Below are positions 37,232 through 48,559 of a DNA stretch of 64,000 nt, one piece after another; position 1 is the first letter of the stretch; each line of letters begins with the position of its first letter. The notes below the pieces were generated by a model that saw nothing but the letters and a program-made list of their open reading frames with translations, had not been told where the DNA came from and did no database searches. This DNA comes from Patescibacteria group bacterium (lineage in GTDB: Bacteria > Patescibacteriota > Minisyncoccia > Phycocordibacterales > JACOZG01), in contig JBBUAW010000010.1 of assembly GCA_038058475.1 (NCBI GenBank), positions 14,361-78,360 on the forward strand, given 5' to 3'. The position numbers and the translations under genes were made by a program.

Positions 37232-37893
37232 AGCGCTTGGATTTTAGCCCGGATATTATTAACCAGCAACTCTGTCGTTAATTCGTCAGTGGTGTAACTC
37301 AAAATCAGCGCTTGAGATAATTCTCGAGGTAAAACTTTAATTAATTTGTCTGTATTGTGTTCCATTATTTCTTGCCAGGTATCATGGTTTATTGGCAATT
37401 TTTGTCGTGGTTGACGACCGCGAACTTTCATTCGTTGCCAACGTCGGGACGCCGCGGCTGAAAGCATAATGTAAACGTGGGCGCCAAGATGGCGTCGCAC
37501 ATAACGGGACAATTCCTGATCCGTTACGTGATGTTCATATAGTGATAAGGCATATTGTCCTAAACCGCCATCTAAAATAACGATTTGGTTTTGCTTAGTT
37601 CGCATATGCGCTTTTTCTGTCATAGCTAGATGGGTGGAAAGCAAAAAAAGTTTATGGCGAAGCAGAGACCAAGCTGAGCGTCCCTCCCAGATTGTGTAAA
37701 TTATCAAGTAAATTGCGCGACCGGGTCGGCGCCAAATTGCTAACCAAAAATAATATCGTTGTTCTTTTAATGAGGAGAATTCCAGATATTCAGCTGTTAA
37801 AACTTGTGCCAATCGCCGAGCTGTCGTTGTTTTACCAGCGCCTGATGGGCCAAAAAATTCTATTATTTTGGGGTTTAATTTTTTATTTTCCAT
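37228..37893 (-). CDS. Small P-loop NTPase, a putative kinase.
   Basis: It has the Walker A motif FFGPSGAGKTTTARRLAQ and a Walker B-like segment IVILDGG. The 221-aa ORF has no other recognisable domain. Confidence 0.4.
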   Translation of the reverse strand: MENKKLNPKIIEFFGPSGAGKTTTARRLAQVLTAEYLEFSSLKEQRYYFWLAIWRRPGRAIYLIIYTIWEGRSAWSLLRHKLFLLSTHLAMTEKAHMRTKQNQIVILDGGLGQYALSLYEHHVTDQELSRYVRRHLGAHVYIMLSAAASRRWQRMKVRGRQPRQKLPINHDTWQEIMEHNTDKLIKVLPRELSQALILSYTTDELTTELLVNNIRAKIQAL

Positions 37894-39112
37894 TATTTAT
37901 CATGAACGCAAGAATATTTTTCGCCCGTATTGACCAGGAATATTGTTTAGCCTCGACTCTGGCATGTTGGGCTTTTGTAAGCATTATTTGATAATGATTT
38001 AGCACTTCATTAATTCCATCGACCAACGCTTGAACACTATTTGGTTTAACTAGGGTAGCATTATTATTATTTAATATTTCACGTGTCGAAGGTAAATCAG
38101 TAGCAACGATTGGCACACCGCTCGCCATATATTCAAATAATTTAATTGGTGAGGTGTCATAGGTGACGAAATTAGTTAAATATTTTTGTGGTGATAATCC
38201 GGGATTAGGATAAACCAATATGTCGGCTGAACGTAAATAATTGGCAATCGCACGATAAGGGCGACGACCCAGAATAATAACGTTGGACAAATTAAAACGT
38301 TGGCGAAATTGTTGACAGTCGTCAGTTGTTCCACCGACAAAAACAAAGTCCAGAGCGGGTAAAATTTGCGCCGCGGCGGCCAAAATATGAGCTCCTTTCC
38401 AATCATACAGATGGCCGGCATAAAGAACTATGGGATGATGGGATTTTGACACTAATTGCTGCCGCAAGGCTGAACGGTCAAAAGGGGCACAATAGGCATC
38501 CAAATCAAACCCATTTGGAGCAATTAATATTTTAGTTTGAGTAAGGCCAAATAATTGCTCGCATTGCTTTGCCTTCCATTGATTAGTGATTGTCAATCCA
38601 TCAAGGCGACGAAGCGCCAAACGCCAAAACCAGCGGTGATGAAATGGAAAAGCGTGCAAATCATAATAAACGCGATAACCCAAGGTTTTTAAAATTAAAG
38701 CAGGAATCAGACTTCTGGTATAAATAATTGATTGTCGTGAACGTCCAATAAAAGCCATCAGCAAGACTAAGGAAAAAATTATTTGATCACTCAGGAAAGC
38801 TAGTCGGAATAAACTCCAAGAAAATACCGGACGGCTGGTTATCCGTTGTCGCCATAAAAAAAGATTGAGGGTTGATAAATAACTGACCAAATCAAGAAAA
38901 GGATAAAAATTGACGGAAAATGATTTGGCGGCACCGTAATAATCATAAATATTTTTGGCCGGCAAATGCCGGAAGGTTGGCGAAATCAATTTAACCGTCA
39001 CGCCTTGCCGGCCCAACGCTTCGCAGGTTTTTATCATGTTGATTCCATAGGCCTTTTCGGTCGGTAACCGCAAGGTGGAGAGATAATAAATAATTTTTAC
39101 CGGAGATACCAT
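37883..39112 (-). CDS. GT4-family (GT-B) glycosyltransferase.
   Basis: It has the E-x7-E motif FEYMASGVPIVATDLPSTREI. Confidence 0.7.
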   Translation of the reverse strand: MVSPVKIIYYLSTLRLPTEKAYGINMIKTCEALGRQGVTVKLISPTFRHLPAKNIYDYYGAAKSFSVNFYPFLDLVSYLSTLNLFLWRQRITSRPVFSWSLFRLAFLSDQIIFSLVLLMAFIGRSRQSIIYTRSLIPALILKTLGYRVYYDLHAFPFHHRWFWRLALRRLDGLTITNQWKAKQCEQLFGLTQTKILIAPNGFDLDAYCAPFDRSALRQQLVSKSHHPIVLYAGHLYDWKGAHILAAAAQILPALDFVFVGGTTDDCQQFRQRFNLSNVIILGRRPYRAIANYLRSADILVYPNPGLSPQKYLTNFVTYDTSPIKLFEYMASGVPIVATDLPSTREILNNNNATLVKPNSVQALVDGINEVLNHYQIMLTKAQHARVEAKQYSWSIRAKNILAFMINNGK

Positions 39113-40023
39113 TTGATAGTTTTTTCCAGGCCGGTTTCCAGGTCAGTAGTCGGAGCGTAGTTAAAAAATTTTTTGGCCCGACTGATATTTAATAATCGTC
39201 GTGGTTGACCGTCTGGTTTAGTGGTATTCCATTCAATTTTTCCATGATAGTCCATCAAGCGGCAGATTGTCGTGATTAGGTTCTGAATTGAGATTTCCTG
39301 ACCGCTGCCCAAATTAACCGGTTCAGCCCCATCATACATTTCTGTCGCTTGAATAATACCATTGGCGGCATCGTCAATGAAAAGAAATTCTCTGGTCGCC
39401 TTCCCTGTCCCCCAAACTTCAACGACCGGTAATTTTTTTATTTTTGCTTCATAAACCTTGCGAATCAAAGCGGGAATAACATGAGAATTGGTTAAATCAA
39501 AATTATCACCCGGACCATAAAGATTGACCAGTAATAAATAGATAGCATTAAACCCATATTGTTGACGATAGCTTTGAGCTTGGACCAAAGCCATTTTTTT
39601 GGCTAAACCGTAAGGAGCATTGGTTTCTTCTGGATAACCGTCCCAGAGTGACTCTTCTTTGAATGGCGCTGGGGTAAATTTCGGATAAGCGCAAACTGTA
39701 CCGATAGCGACATATTTTTTTACTTTGGCTTGGCGCGCTGCTTCCATCATTTGGGTGCTCATCATAATATTGTCATAAAAAAGTTCACCGGCGTGCGTTT
39801 GATTATAACCAATGCCGCCAACTTTGGCGGCTAAATGAATAACGACATCCATTTCCCGAACTACTGTTTGACAATCCGACCAGCGCCGTAAATCAAACTC
39901 TCGACTCCGCGGCTGATAAATCTTGGCTTTAGTCATACCGCGTTCAATAAGTTTGGAAACAACTGCTGAACCGAGAAATCCACTGCCACCCGTGATTAAA
40001 ATTGATTGGTCTTGTAATTTCAT
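39097..40023 (-). CDS. fcl: GDP-L-fucose synthase (GDP-4-keto-6-deoxy-D-mannose 3,5-epimerase/4-reductase).
   Basis: It has ILITGGSGFLGSAV, YGLAKKMA (YxxxK) and overall Fcl collinearity. The ATG at 40023 (MKLQDQS) forms an ATGA overlap with the stop of the upstream gene. Confidence 0.8.
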   Translation of the reverse strand: MKLQDQSILITGGSGFLGSAVVSKLIERGMTKAKIYQPRSREFDLRRWSDCQTVVREMDVVIHLAAKVGGIGYNQTHAGELFYDNIMMSTQMMEAARQAKVKKYVAIGTVCAYPKFTPAPFKEESLWDGYPEETNAPYGLAKKMALVQAQSYRQQYGFNAIYLLLVNLYGPGDNFDLTNSHVIPALIRKVYEAKIKKLPVVEVWGTGKATREFLFIDDAANGIIQATEMYDGAEPVNLGSGQEISIQNLITTICRLMDYHGKIEWNTTKPDGQPRRLLNISRAKKFFNYAPTTDLETGLEKTIKWYLR

Positions 40024-40697
40024 TTGGTGATGAGTATTTTTTTGAAGCAACGATAAGGAAATATCAAAAATGGAAATAAAGTTTTGAGACTTCTATGAAA
40101 AGATTGTCTTTTTTTCTTCTTAACTAAAGCTTTAATTCTGGAAATATTTTGGCCAGAAAAAATAATGAATGAAGCCTCGTTAGGAATGAGAATTGATTCC
40201 GACAAATTAACGAGGTCAGTTTTTCGCCACTGATGAATATGGCGTTCAAATTTATTGCCATATAAAGTGTCCTGCTCACCCATAATTTTCGGCGTACTGA
40301 TTAAAACATTTCGCCCAATCCGACGAAGTTGGTTCAAAAGTCTTAAACCCTCTTCATAGTTTAAATGTTCAAGCACATCAATGAGTAGAATCAGGTCATA
40401 GGAAAAATTTTTTATTGATGGGACAATATTACAAGCATCTCCGATATAAATTTGGTTATATATAAATGAATGAAGCGGGGTGAGATAGTCACGATAAGCT
40501 TCAATCCCATCAATTTGAGTTTGCCAGTGCCGATAAGCTTCGCTTTTCTTGTCGGCCCCAGTCCATAAATCAAGATATTCTCTGGCCAAAACTCCATATT
40601 TACCAAAACCTACTCCGACATCCAAAATGCTTTTCGGTTTCGTTAAAATCATAATTTCAACGATCTCATTTAATTGTTGCGAATGACTGCCCGGCAT
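40020..40697 (-). CDS. Class I SAM-dependent methyltransferase.
   Basis: It has motif I ILDVGVGFGKYG and LILLIDVLEHL. The start is uncertain: the first ATG is at 40697, while the track gives a TTG start at 40790. Confidence 0.55.
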   Translation of the reverse strand: MPGSHSQQLNEIVEIMILTKPKSILDVGVGFGKYGVLAREYLDLWTGADKKSEAYRHWQTQIDGIEAYRDYLTPLHSFIYNQIYIGDACNIVPSIKNFSYDLILLIDVLEHLNYEEGLRLLNQLRRIGRNVLISTPKIMGEQDTLYGNKFERHIHQWRKTDLVNLSESILIPNEASFIIFSGQNISRIKALVKKKKRQSFHRSLKTLFPFLIFPYRCFKKILITK

Positions 40698-40752
40698 AAA
40701 ATTTATTACGATTTGGGTTCGTTTATGATATAGTAAAAAACGATTTTTAGCA

Positions 40753-41919
40753 ATGAATTTAGCGATTAATCTCTTATGGATTTCGACCAATGATCAGACG
40801 GGGGCTTTTGTTTATGTGCGAAATTTACTGGATCAACTTTTATCACTTGGCTCAGCGACCAGTTTTTTAATCATCACTCGTTGGTCAGATCGTCATTTTT
40901 TCAGCCAGCGCTATGGCCGCCGATCAAATGTGACTATTATCATCAGTGATATTAGGAATGATCTCTTATTCCATCCTTGGCGAGCCAGTCGTAAATTATG
41001 GTCCAGTTGGCGTGGTAAAGAAAAACAAAAAGAAAATATTATTGCTCAAGAACTTAATCGATTGATTAAAAAATATGAGGTTAAAAAAATGTTTTTTCCA
41101 ACTCAAAAAATCTACCCGCGAGGATTACTGTCGATTGAATATTATGTCACAGTTTTCGATTTACAACATGAGTATTGGTCGGAAAATTTTTCTACCGCTG
41201 AAATCAACTCTCGGCGCGATGATTTAATCTATATTCGCAGTACAGCCAAACATATTTTTGCCATCTCCGAACATACTAAATCAACATTAATTAAAAAAAT
41301 AAATTTCCCTGCCGATAAGATTACCGTTACTCCTTTGGCTCCATCAATCAATCGTTCCGCGCCCCGACCAATCAGTCTGCCGACCTTGTTTTTGTTTTAT
41401 CCCGCTGCACTTTGGCCACACAAAAATCATTGTCTGGTAATTGAGGTGCTTTACCGTTTAGCTAATATTTATCCTGATTTACAAGTTGTTTTCTCCGGTC
41501 TGATTAAGAAAAAAAAACTTAAAGAAAAACTTGATGTCTTAATTGTTAAATATGGGCTAAAATCGCGTGTTCATTTTTTAGGTTTCGTCTCAGACGAAGT
41601 TCTCCAATTTATTTACGCCCGAGCCTCTTTATTAATTTTTCCTTCGGCTTTCGAGGGCTTCGGGATGCCGATTCTCGAAGCCTATCAACATAACCTGCCG
41701 GTAGTTGCAGCGCGGAATACAAGTATTGCGGAAGTGGCCGGCGATGCAGCGCTTCTATGCGAAACCGGTAACGCCGTCGCGTTTGCGGCGGCGATTGATA
41801 TATTATTAAAAAATGATAAGGTGAGAGCGTCACTTGAGCCCAAGATGACAGAACAATTAAAAAAGTTTTCTTGGATCCAAACCGCCGCTTTAACTTTAGC
41901 CAATTTAATAAACCAATGA
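40753..41919 (+). CDS. GT4-family glycosyltransferase.
   Basis: It has the E-x7-E motif [29 protein letters not shown]. Confidence 0.7.
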   Translation: MNLAINLLWISTNDQTGAFVYVRNLLDQLLSLGSATSFLIITRWSDRHFFSQRYGRRSNVTIIISDIRNDLLFHPWRASRKLWSSWRGKEKQKENIIAQELNRLIKKYEVKKMFFPTQKIYPRGLLSIEYYVTVFDLQHEYWSENFSTAEINSRRDDLIYIRSTAKHIFAISEHTKSTLIKKINFPADKITVTPLAPSINRSAPRPISLPTLFLFYPAALWPHKNHCLVIEVLYRLANIYPDLQVVFSGLIKKKKLKEKLDVLIVKYGLKSRVHFLGFVSDEVLQFIYARASLLIFPSAFEGFGMPILEAYQHNLPVVAARNTSIAEVAGDAALLCETGNAVAFAAAIDILLKNDKVRASLEPKMTEQLKKFSWIQTAALTLANLINQ

Positions 41920-42956
41920 AGCGCGCTATCATTACCGGTATCACTGGCCAAGACGGTTCGTATCTGGCGGAATTTTTGTTGAGAAAGGGTTATGAAATCC
42001 ACGGCTTGGTCCGCCGCGGCTCTACTTTTAACACTAGTCGGATTGACCATCTCTACCGCGACCCACATGAGTCGAGCGTCCGGATGTTTCTCCATTCCGG
42101 CGACCTGACTGACAGCTCCAGCGTCTCGCGCTTAGTGGAAAAAATCCAGCCAGATGAAATTTATAACTTGGGCGCGCAAAGCCATGTCCGCGTCAGTTTT
42201 GACACGCCGGAATACACCGGCAATGTTGTCGCTCTCGGCCCGCTCCGCCTTCTGGACGCCATCCGCGAAATGCAAATTAAGACTAAATTTTACCAGGCCT
42301 CCTCGTCGGAAATGTTCGGCCAAACAAAAGAAGTACCTCAAACCGAAAATACTTCTTTTCATCCCCGCTCACCCTACGGCTGCGCTAAAGTTTATGCCTA
42401 TTGGATTACTAAAAATTATCGCGAAAGTTATGGGTTGTTCGCGGTTAATGGCATTTTATTTAATCACGAGTCACCGCGGCGCGGCGAAACTTTTGTTACT
42501 CGCAAAATCACCCGCGGTCTGGCGCGCCTTAAATTAGGTCTGGAGAAAAAACTTTTTTTGGGCAATTTGAACGCCAGCCGTGACTGGGGCTACGCCCAGG
42601 ATTATGTGGCGGGAATGTGGCAAATGCTCCAACAACCCAAACCCGACGATTATATTTTAGCCACCGGCGAGACGCACACCATCCGCGAGTTTGCCGAATT
42701 AAGCGCTAAGTATTTGGGTTGGGAATTGGTTTGGAAGGGCCGCGGTTTAAAAGAAAGGGGGGTGGATAAAGAAACCGGCCGGACCTTGATTGAGATTGAT
42801 CCGCGTTACTTCCGACCGGCGGAGGTGGATTTACTGGTCGGTGACGCCGGCAAAGCCAGACGCGAGCTCGGCTGGAAACCGAGCGTCACTTTTGAGCAAT
42901 TAGTTAAAATGATGGTGAAATCCGATTTAATCCAAGAGACGAAAAATGCGCGGTAA
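41915..42956 (+). CDS. gmd: GDP-mannose 4,6-dehydratase.
   Basis: The motifs [50 protein letters not shown] and FNHESPRRG are canonical Gmd. The ATG at 41915 overlaps the previous stop. The local GC is about 52%. Confidence 0.9.
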
Positions 42957-43842
42957 AAAAATTTTAAGTTGGGCGCTTGGCAATCCGCTGGCGACAATGA
43001 TTGGCTTGCGTTTCAATCACGCGCGGCCGCTGGTTTTGCTCTACCACGGTGTTACCGACCAGCCACCGACCGCGATTGAAAAATATCACGGCAAACATAT
43101 TCCGGCGGAGAATTTCCGCCGGCAAATTACTTGGTTAAAACAACACTTTACCATTGTGCCGCTAGCCGAGGTGGAGGCGCTAGTTTTGGCTGGCGTGTCG
43201 GCCAAAAAGCCGCTGGCGGCCATCACTTTCGACGACGGCTATCAAAATAATTTTCGTTGCGCCTTCCCGATTTTGCGTGCCGCCAACGTTACTGCCACCT
43301 TTTTTCTAACTGGCGATTTTGTCGACCGTCGCCAACCGCTTTGGCCAGACCAGTTGGCCTATCTTTGCGGCGATGATATCGTCGCCTACGCTCGTCGACG
43401 CCAAGAATTAAAAACTGGCTCGGGTAAAAAAATCACTGGAAAAAAATCAGAACTCATTCTAGGCGCTAATTGTACCCCGCTTACTTGGGAAGAAATAAAA
43501 ATTATGGCTGGAGCAGGGATGAGCTTTGGCGCACACACTCTAACCCACCCGATTTTGAGCCGTCTGACGGAAAGCGAGCAAGCGCGAGAAATTTTGGAAA
43601 GTAAAAAATTAATTGAGTCCAAACTGGGCCGCTGTCCTCACTTTGCCTACCCCAACGGCCAGCCGGGCGACTGGAATGAAGCGACGCTCAAAATTTTGCG
43701 CGAGGCTGGTTGGCGTACTGCCTGGACGACTATTCCCCACCGCCTCCGGCCGGGGCAGGAACAGCCATTCCTCTTGCCACGAGTGACTATTGCCGCTTAT
43801 CATGATGATTATCGCTTCCGGACGCTAGCCACCATTTTATGA
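42946..43842 (+). CDS. Polysaccharide deacetylase (CE4/NodB domain).
   Basis: It has [12 protein letters not shown] and a [11 protein letters not shown]is motif. Confidence 0.7.
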   Translation: MRGKKILSWALGNPLATMIGLRFNHARPLVLLYHGVTDQPPTAIEKYHGKHIPAENFRRQITWLKQHFTIVPLAEVEALVLAGVSAKKPLAAITFDDGYQNNFRCAFPILRAANVTATFFLTGDFVDRRQPLWPDQLAYLCGDDIVAYARRRQELKTGSGKKITGKKSELILGANCTPLTWEEIKIMAGAGMSFGAHTLTHPILSRLTESEQAREILESKKLIESKLGRCPHFAYPNGQPGDWNEATLKILREAGWRTAWTTIPHRLRPGQEQPFLLPRVTIAAYHDDYRFRTLATIL

Positions 43843-44603
43843 ACCAACAAGCCAAAGTGATTGATTATTTTAACGAGCGGCCGAACGCTTACGCCGCGAC
43901 TTATCAAGCGCCGACCAGCGAGGGCCACGCTTTTCGCTCGCGGAAAAAATCACTCTTGCGTTTGCTCGGTGCAGGGACGGGACGAGTGTTAGATGTCGGT
44001 TGCGGTCCCGGTGTGATGACAAAGGAAATTGCCGCCCGCGGCTGGGAGTATTACGGCGTGGACCTCTCGCCTCAAATGGTCGCCGTGGTGCGAGCTAAAT
44101 TTGCCAATCGGGCGGGGATTAATTTTGCCGTCGGGGCGGTGGAGAAATTGGATTTCCCCGACCATTATTTTGACGCTATAGTGGCCATGGGATTAGTGGA
44201 GTATCTCGCCGACGAAGACGCGGCCATTCGCGAACTCCGTCGGGTTTTGAAGCCCAGGGGCGTTTTAATCGTTTCCATCCCCAACTGGTGGAGTCCGGCG
44301 CGAATGTGGGACCGTTGGCTCCTAACGCCGCTCGCCCGCCTCTATCGCTTCCTCGCCCGCCGCGGACAGTCCACTAAATTAAAACATCGCGAATACCACC
44401 TCGGTCATTATCGCCGATTTTTAAATCAGCGCGGCTTCGCCGTTACTGCTTGGGAGGCCTATAACTTCCGTCTTATTCCTCGCCCTTTCGACGCCTGGTT
44501 TCCCTGCCTTTCTATCATTATCGCTCTTTGGCTGGAACATTATCTTCCTTCTGTTTTTCGTTTTCTCGGTACTGGGTTGAATGTCAAAGCGAAGCGGCAA
44601 TAA
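43839..44603 (+). CDS. Class I SAM-dependent methyltransferase (Methyltransf_11-like).
   Basis: It has motif I VLDVGCGPGVMT and FDAIVAMGLVEYL. Confidence 0.7.
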   Translation: MNQQAKVIDYFNERPNAYAATYQAPTSEGHAFRSRKKSLLRLLGAGTGRVLDVGCGPGVMTKEIAARGWEYYGVDLSPQMVAVVRAKFANRAGINFAVGAVEKLDFPDHYFDAIVAMGLVEYLADEDAAIRELRRVLKPRGVLIVSIPNWWSPARMWDRWLLTPLARLYRFLARRGQSTKLKHREYHLGHYRRFLNQRGFAVTAWEAYNFRLIPRPFDAWFPCLSIIIALWLEHYLPSVFRFLGTGLNVKAKRQ

Positions 44604-44618
44604 AATTTCCACTCGGGT

Positions 44619-45674
44619 TTAACTTTGATATTTTAAAATCTTCAAGAATTTATCGGCAATTGCGCGAGGGGTGAGTTTTTGCTCATAGAGAGCGCGGGCG
44701 TTTTGGGCGAGCCGGGTGGCCAGGATCGGATTGTTTTTGAGTAATAAAATCTTAGCGGCCAAGTCGACCGGGTTAGCTGGCTGAACAAAGAGGCAATTTT
44801 CGCCGTCGGTGAGCAATTCGCGATTGCTTGGCGAGTCGCGGGTGATATAAGGCAAACCGAGCGCCAGCGCTTCAAAAGTTTTGTTCTGAATCGTCCGCTC
44901 CAGTCGCGGATGAGCGGAAAATTGGCCAAGAGCAACATGAGCCGAGGACATCTGTCGGCGCAATTCTGTCTCCGGTAAAAACTCAGTAATCAGTTTTACT
45001 CTAGTTAAGTGATCATCGGCTATTATTTGGCGCACTTTGGCCAAGAGCGGTCCGCGGCCGATGAGCAAAAAATTAATTTCCTCGTTACGGAGTAATTTCG
45101 CCGCCGCTAAGACCTGTTCTACGCCTGTCGCCGATACTAACCAACCGCGAAAGAGTGCGGTTAAGGCGTCAGTCTTGGGTACAGCCGGGTCGGGATGAAA
45201 AACCGCATCGTCGGCACCGGCAAACAACACGGCTATTTTGCGCTCCGCCACGCCAAAATGGTGGTGCAAAAATTTTTTCTGCGCCACACTTTCCACCAAA
45301 ATTAAATGGGCCAAACGAAAAGCTAGCCAATCAATCAACCAAATCCAGTAACGGCGCGGCGACCAGGGGCCGTAGGCGCCGCGGTCCAGCACCGCTCCCT
45401 CGTAGAGGGAATTACTGGCGTTAAAAATCACCGGCCGGCGGGCAAGCAGGCGGGCAAGTGGCACCGCGGCGTTGGACAGATAGCCGACTAACAAATAGTC
45501 GTAGGGTTCGTGGAGATGACGATGGGCGTGCCATAGAAGCCAATATTTGCGCCAGCCAGGTGAATTGTCTGTCAACAAAATTATTTTTGCGCCGCGCGCT
45601 TCCAAACCTTTGAGCAAGACTGTGTCGTGCGCCCAAGTCGGTTGATAGATTCCTAAATAGCAAAAAGTGCTCAA
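44619..45674 (-). CDS. GT-B glycosyltransferase (GT1/GT4-like).
   Basis: It has a C-terminal segment FEALALGLPYITRD resembling the E-x7-E region. The ORF is 351 aa. Confidence 0.5.
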   Translation of the reverse strand: MSTFCYLGIYQPTWAHDTVLLKGLEARGAKIILLTDNSPGWRKYWLLWHAHRHLHEPYDYLLVGYLSNAAVPLARLLARRPVIFNASNSLYEGAVLDRGAYGPWSPRRYWIWLIDWLAFRLAHLILVESVAQKKFLHHHFGVAERKIAVLFAGADDAVFHPDPAVPKTDALTALFRGWLVSATGVEQVLAAAKLLRNEEINFLLIGRGPLLAKVRQIIADDHLTRVKLITEFLPETELRRQMSSAHVALGQFSAHPRLERTIQNKTFEALALGLPYITRDSPSNRELLTDGENCLFVQPANPVDLAAKILLLKNNPILATRLAQNARALYEQKLTPRAIADKFLKILKYQS

Positions 45675-46963
45675 ATTAAATTATTTTCCCGCAGGACTTT
45701 TTTAATAAACCCGTCCATTTCCCGCCGCCAAGTCTCGCGAGAAAAGCGCTCGCGGGCTAGTGCCTGGGTCTGACGAATTTCCGTCGCCAATTCTAGCGCG
45801 CTTTTTTGCTCAATCCGCGCCACCTGCCGCTCAATCTCCGACACCGAGAGCTCGGCCAGATAAGTGCCGGCGCCGGACGGCAAATCTACTCCCGTGTCTG
45901 TGCTCAAAAGCGGGTAAAGTCCAGTTTGTAAAAGGGTGGCCACCGCCGTGGAGATTGACTCTGTAGCCGTCGGAGCAATGAAAGCAAAACACCGTCTAAT
46001 CAAAACGTTAAACTTTGTGCTCCCGGGATTTAAATAACTGTGCCAGCGGATATTGGGCGTTTCCAACAATTCCCGGCGGTAAATTTTCATAAAATCCGGT
46101 TCTTGGTCCACTAAACCAACAACATTAAGCTTCCATTCCGGATGTTTGGCAAAGGCCTCCAAAGTAATATCCAAGCCTTTACGTACCGCGCCGTTGCCAA
46201 AGAACCACAACCACTCTTTTTCCGGTGGCACCCATTCCGCCGCTGATTTAAAATAAGAGAGCGGCGAGGCGGTGACCGTTACTCGCGTAATTTTGTGGTG
46301 AAAAGATTTGGGGAAGGTATCTTGGACATGTTGATTACCGATTAACACGCAATAATCCACCAAATCCATCATTTGGTCCTGAATCCGCTCGTGTGGTTCC
46401 TGTCGTTTGGGGAAATAAAGCGTATTAGGACGACGTTTGAGCAACTCCTTAATCCGAGCGATTTCCGCGCTATTATTATGCTCCACTGAACTAATGACCG
46501 AATGCCAAATCTTGATGATTTTTTCTGGCTGCGGCGCCATAGCCATCAAGCGATATAACTCACCGGTACAGGCAAAAATAATGTCATAATTCTCTTCCGG
46601 CGCAAACGAGCGATTCGTGTAATGAATGCAATCAACAATAAAACCGTGGCCTAAAAAGAAGGAAACTATTTGATTGCTTTCCCATGGACCGGTGTGATAG
46701 GCAAACATTGGATGATTTTCCGGCAAGCCGGCGGAGGTAAGAGCATAACTAATGAGAATCCGTCCGCATATACGATCACGCGGATAAAGTGTCACACACT
46801 TAAAAAATCGCCTTTGCCACGAGAGTGGCAGGTGATGCTGGTAACGATAGAGATGTTTACGGATTAATTTTTTGATGGACATTGAGCGATAATTAAATAA
46901 CCGAGAGGATATTCTTGGCCGGTATATTTCTTCCCGCAAGTCGTAGCCAATCGCCGCAAACAC
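45671..46963 (-). CDS. GT-B-fold glycosyltransferase-like protein of unassigned family.
   Basis: The C-terminal half resembles a GT4 donor-binding domain (AFIAPTATESISTAVATLLQTG). The N-terminus overlaps the downstream MT gene, so the real start is likely the internal M at about 46882. Confidence 0.4.
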   Translation of the reverse strand: MFAAIGYDLREEIYRPRISSRLFNYRSMSIKKLIRKHLYRYQHHLPLSWQRRFFKCVTLYPRDRICGRILISYALTSAGLPENHPMFAYHTGPWESNQIVSFFLGHGFIVDCIHYTNRSFAPEENYDIIFACTGELYRLMAMAPQPEKIIKIWHSVISSVEHNNSAEIARIKELLKRRPNTLYFPKRQEPHERIQDQMMDLVDYCVLIGNQHVQDTFPKSFHHKITRVTVTASPLSYFKSAAEWVPPEKEWLWFFGNGAVRKGLDITLEAFAKHPEWKLNVVGLVDQEPDFMKIYRRELLETPNIRWHSYLNPGSTKFNVLIRRCFAFIAPTATESISTAVATLLQTGLYPLLSTDTGVDLPSGAGTYLAELSVSEIERQVARIEQKSALELATEIRQTQALARERFSRETWRREMDGFIKKVLRENNLI

Positions 46964-47502
46964 CAGTCCAAACCCAACGCCAGCGCCTCCATTAATTGAT
47001 GGATCGGCGACGGGAAAAAACGATGGATCAAAGTGTAAGCGGTGCTCACCGCGCCCCGACCCAATCGTTCTAATTTTAGATTAACATAACCGATCTCTTT
47101 TAACAGGCGTTCAAGGGCTTCTTCCGAGTAACGAAAGTAGTCATGGGGACTGGGGTGAAAATAATAAATAAATGGCACGACAATCACCATTTGGCCGCCT
47201 GGCTTAGTCACGCGAAAACTTTCCTGCAAAACTGAGCTGTAATTAAAGATATGCTCTAGAACATTAATCAACAAAACAGCGTCAAAATGCCGTTCGGCCA
47301 CCGGCCATGGACTCTGCTCAATATCCCAATTAATATCTGGGTGTGCCGCGGAGTTGATGTTTAAAGTAGTAAATTTGTGCCGACCTTGGATAAGGCCTCG
47401 GTAAGTGGAGCGGGTGTCGCCGCCGACATCTAAAATTTCGCCGTCAATCGTCAGAGCGGCTAAGGATTGATGAGTTAGCTTACGGAAAAGACTATCGGCC
47501 AT
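46864..47502 (-). CDS. Class I SAM-dependent methyltransferase.
   Basis: It has motif I ILDVGGDTRSTY, FDAVLLINVLEHI and KPGGQMVIVVP. Confidence 0.6.
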   Translation of the reverse strand: MADSLFRKLTHQSLAALTIDGEILDVGGDTRSTYRGLIQGRHKFTTLNINSAAHPDINWDIEQSPWPVAERHFDAVLLINVLEHIFNYSSVLQESFRVTKPGGQMVIVVPFIYYFHPSPHDYFRYSEEALERLLKEIGYVNLKLERLGRGAVSTAYTLIHRFFPSPIHQLMEALALGLDWCLRRLATTCGKKYTGQEYPLGYLIIAQCPSKN

Positions 47503-48559
47503 ATAATTCTTGATTTAGCTTGTCGACTAATTTGTCCAGGCTTTGGGTTTTAGCAAACTCAATGTTTTGGTCAATCAATCTGGCCTTTTCCCGATCGGAT
47601 AAAGATAAAACTAAACATAATTTATCAGCTACTTCGGCTGATGTTCCATTGGTAATAATCAGCCGCTCGTCGATTTGCCCCCTTAAATTATCGTTACTGG
47701 CAAGAACAAGACAACCGCAAGCCATTGCTTCAAAAATCGTTTTGTCATACATCCCGCTTGAGCTTAAATTAACAAAAATTTCGTGACGATTGTAGATAGC
47801 CGGTGTCTGGGTATTGGGAATACTCGGCTGAAATTTCACCTTATCGAGCATACCATAGCTTGCTACTTTTTGCTTCAGTAAATTAAAATATTGCTGATCA
47901 ACCGGTAATGGGCCACCATATAAACTAGCACTAAATTTAATTCCATGATTGTCTAAAATTTTCAGCGCTTCTAATAATAAATCTGGTCGCTTAATCGGCG
48001 CGATTCGGGCTAAGAATAAAATTGAATTAGGGTATCTAGAGATACTTGGGATGGGTTTAAAAATATTCGTGTCAATCCCCACTGGCATTAAAACAGTTTG
48101 GGAAAATTTGGCGGTATAAGAAAATTTGGAGGTGCAAAAAATCTTGGCGCAAAATTTGGCCGCCAAATTGGTCCGCCAATCACCCACCGGATGATTGCGC
48201 CACATAAAAATCGGCTTGCCAAAAATTCTCCAGTAAAATCCTCCTAACAAAACATACTCTTGATTCATATGAACAAACACCGCGTTATAATTTTTACGCT
48301 CGTGCCAGAGATATTTATAAAATCGCCAAAATGATACTAATTTGGCTAATAATTTTTCTCCACCCGAGGCGGGCCAGCCTTGAGCTGGTTTACCGAGTGA
48401 CAAAACTTTAACATTGTTTGGTAAATTATATTCGCCTTTTTGCAAACAAACCACAACAAGGATTTTCCCATCCTTAGCAAATTCTTCAATCCAGCGGTGA
48501 AAAAAACCGAGTATCGGATCATTGCGGTCGACTTTTTGAGTAATAATCAATAATTTCAT
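47492..48559 (-). CDS. GT4-family glycosyltransferase.
   Basis: It has IFEAMACGCLVLASN (E-x7-E). The start is placed at MKLLIITQK (48559, an ATGA overlap). The track ORF is longer, ending at 48592. Confidence 0.65.
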   Translation of the reverse strand: MKLLIITQKVDRNDPILGFFHRWIEEFAKDGKILVVVCLQKGEYNLPNNVKVLSLGKPAQGWPASGGEKLLAKLVSFWRFYKYLWHERKNYNAVFVHMNQEYVLLGGFYWRIFGKPIFMWRNHPVGDWRTNLAAKFCAKIFCTSKFSYTAKFSQTVLMPVGIDTNIFKPIPSISRYPNSILFLARIAPIKRPDLLLEALKILDNHGIKFSASLYGGPLPVDQQYFNLLKQKVASYGMLDKVKFQPSIPNTQTPAIYNRHEIFVNLSSSGMYDKTIFEAMACGCLVLASNDNLRGQIDERLIITNGTSAEVADKLCLVLSLSDREKARLIDQNIEFAKTQSLDKLVDKLNQELYGR

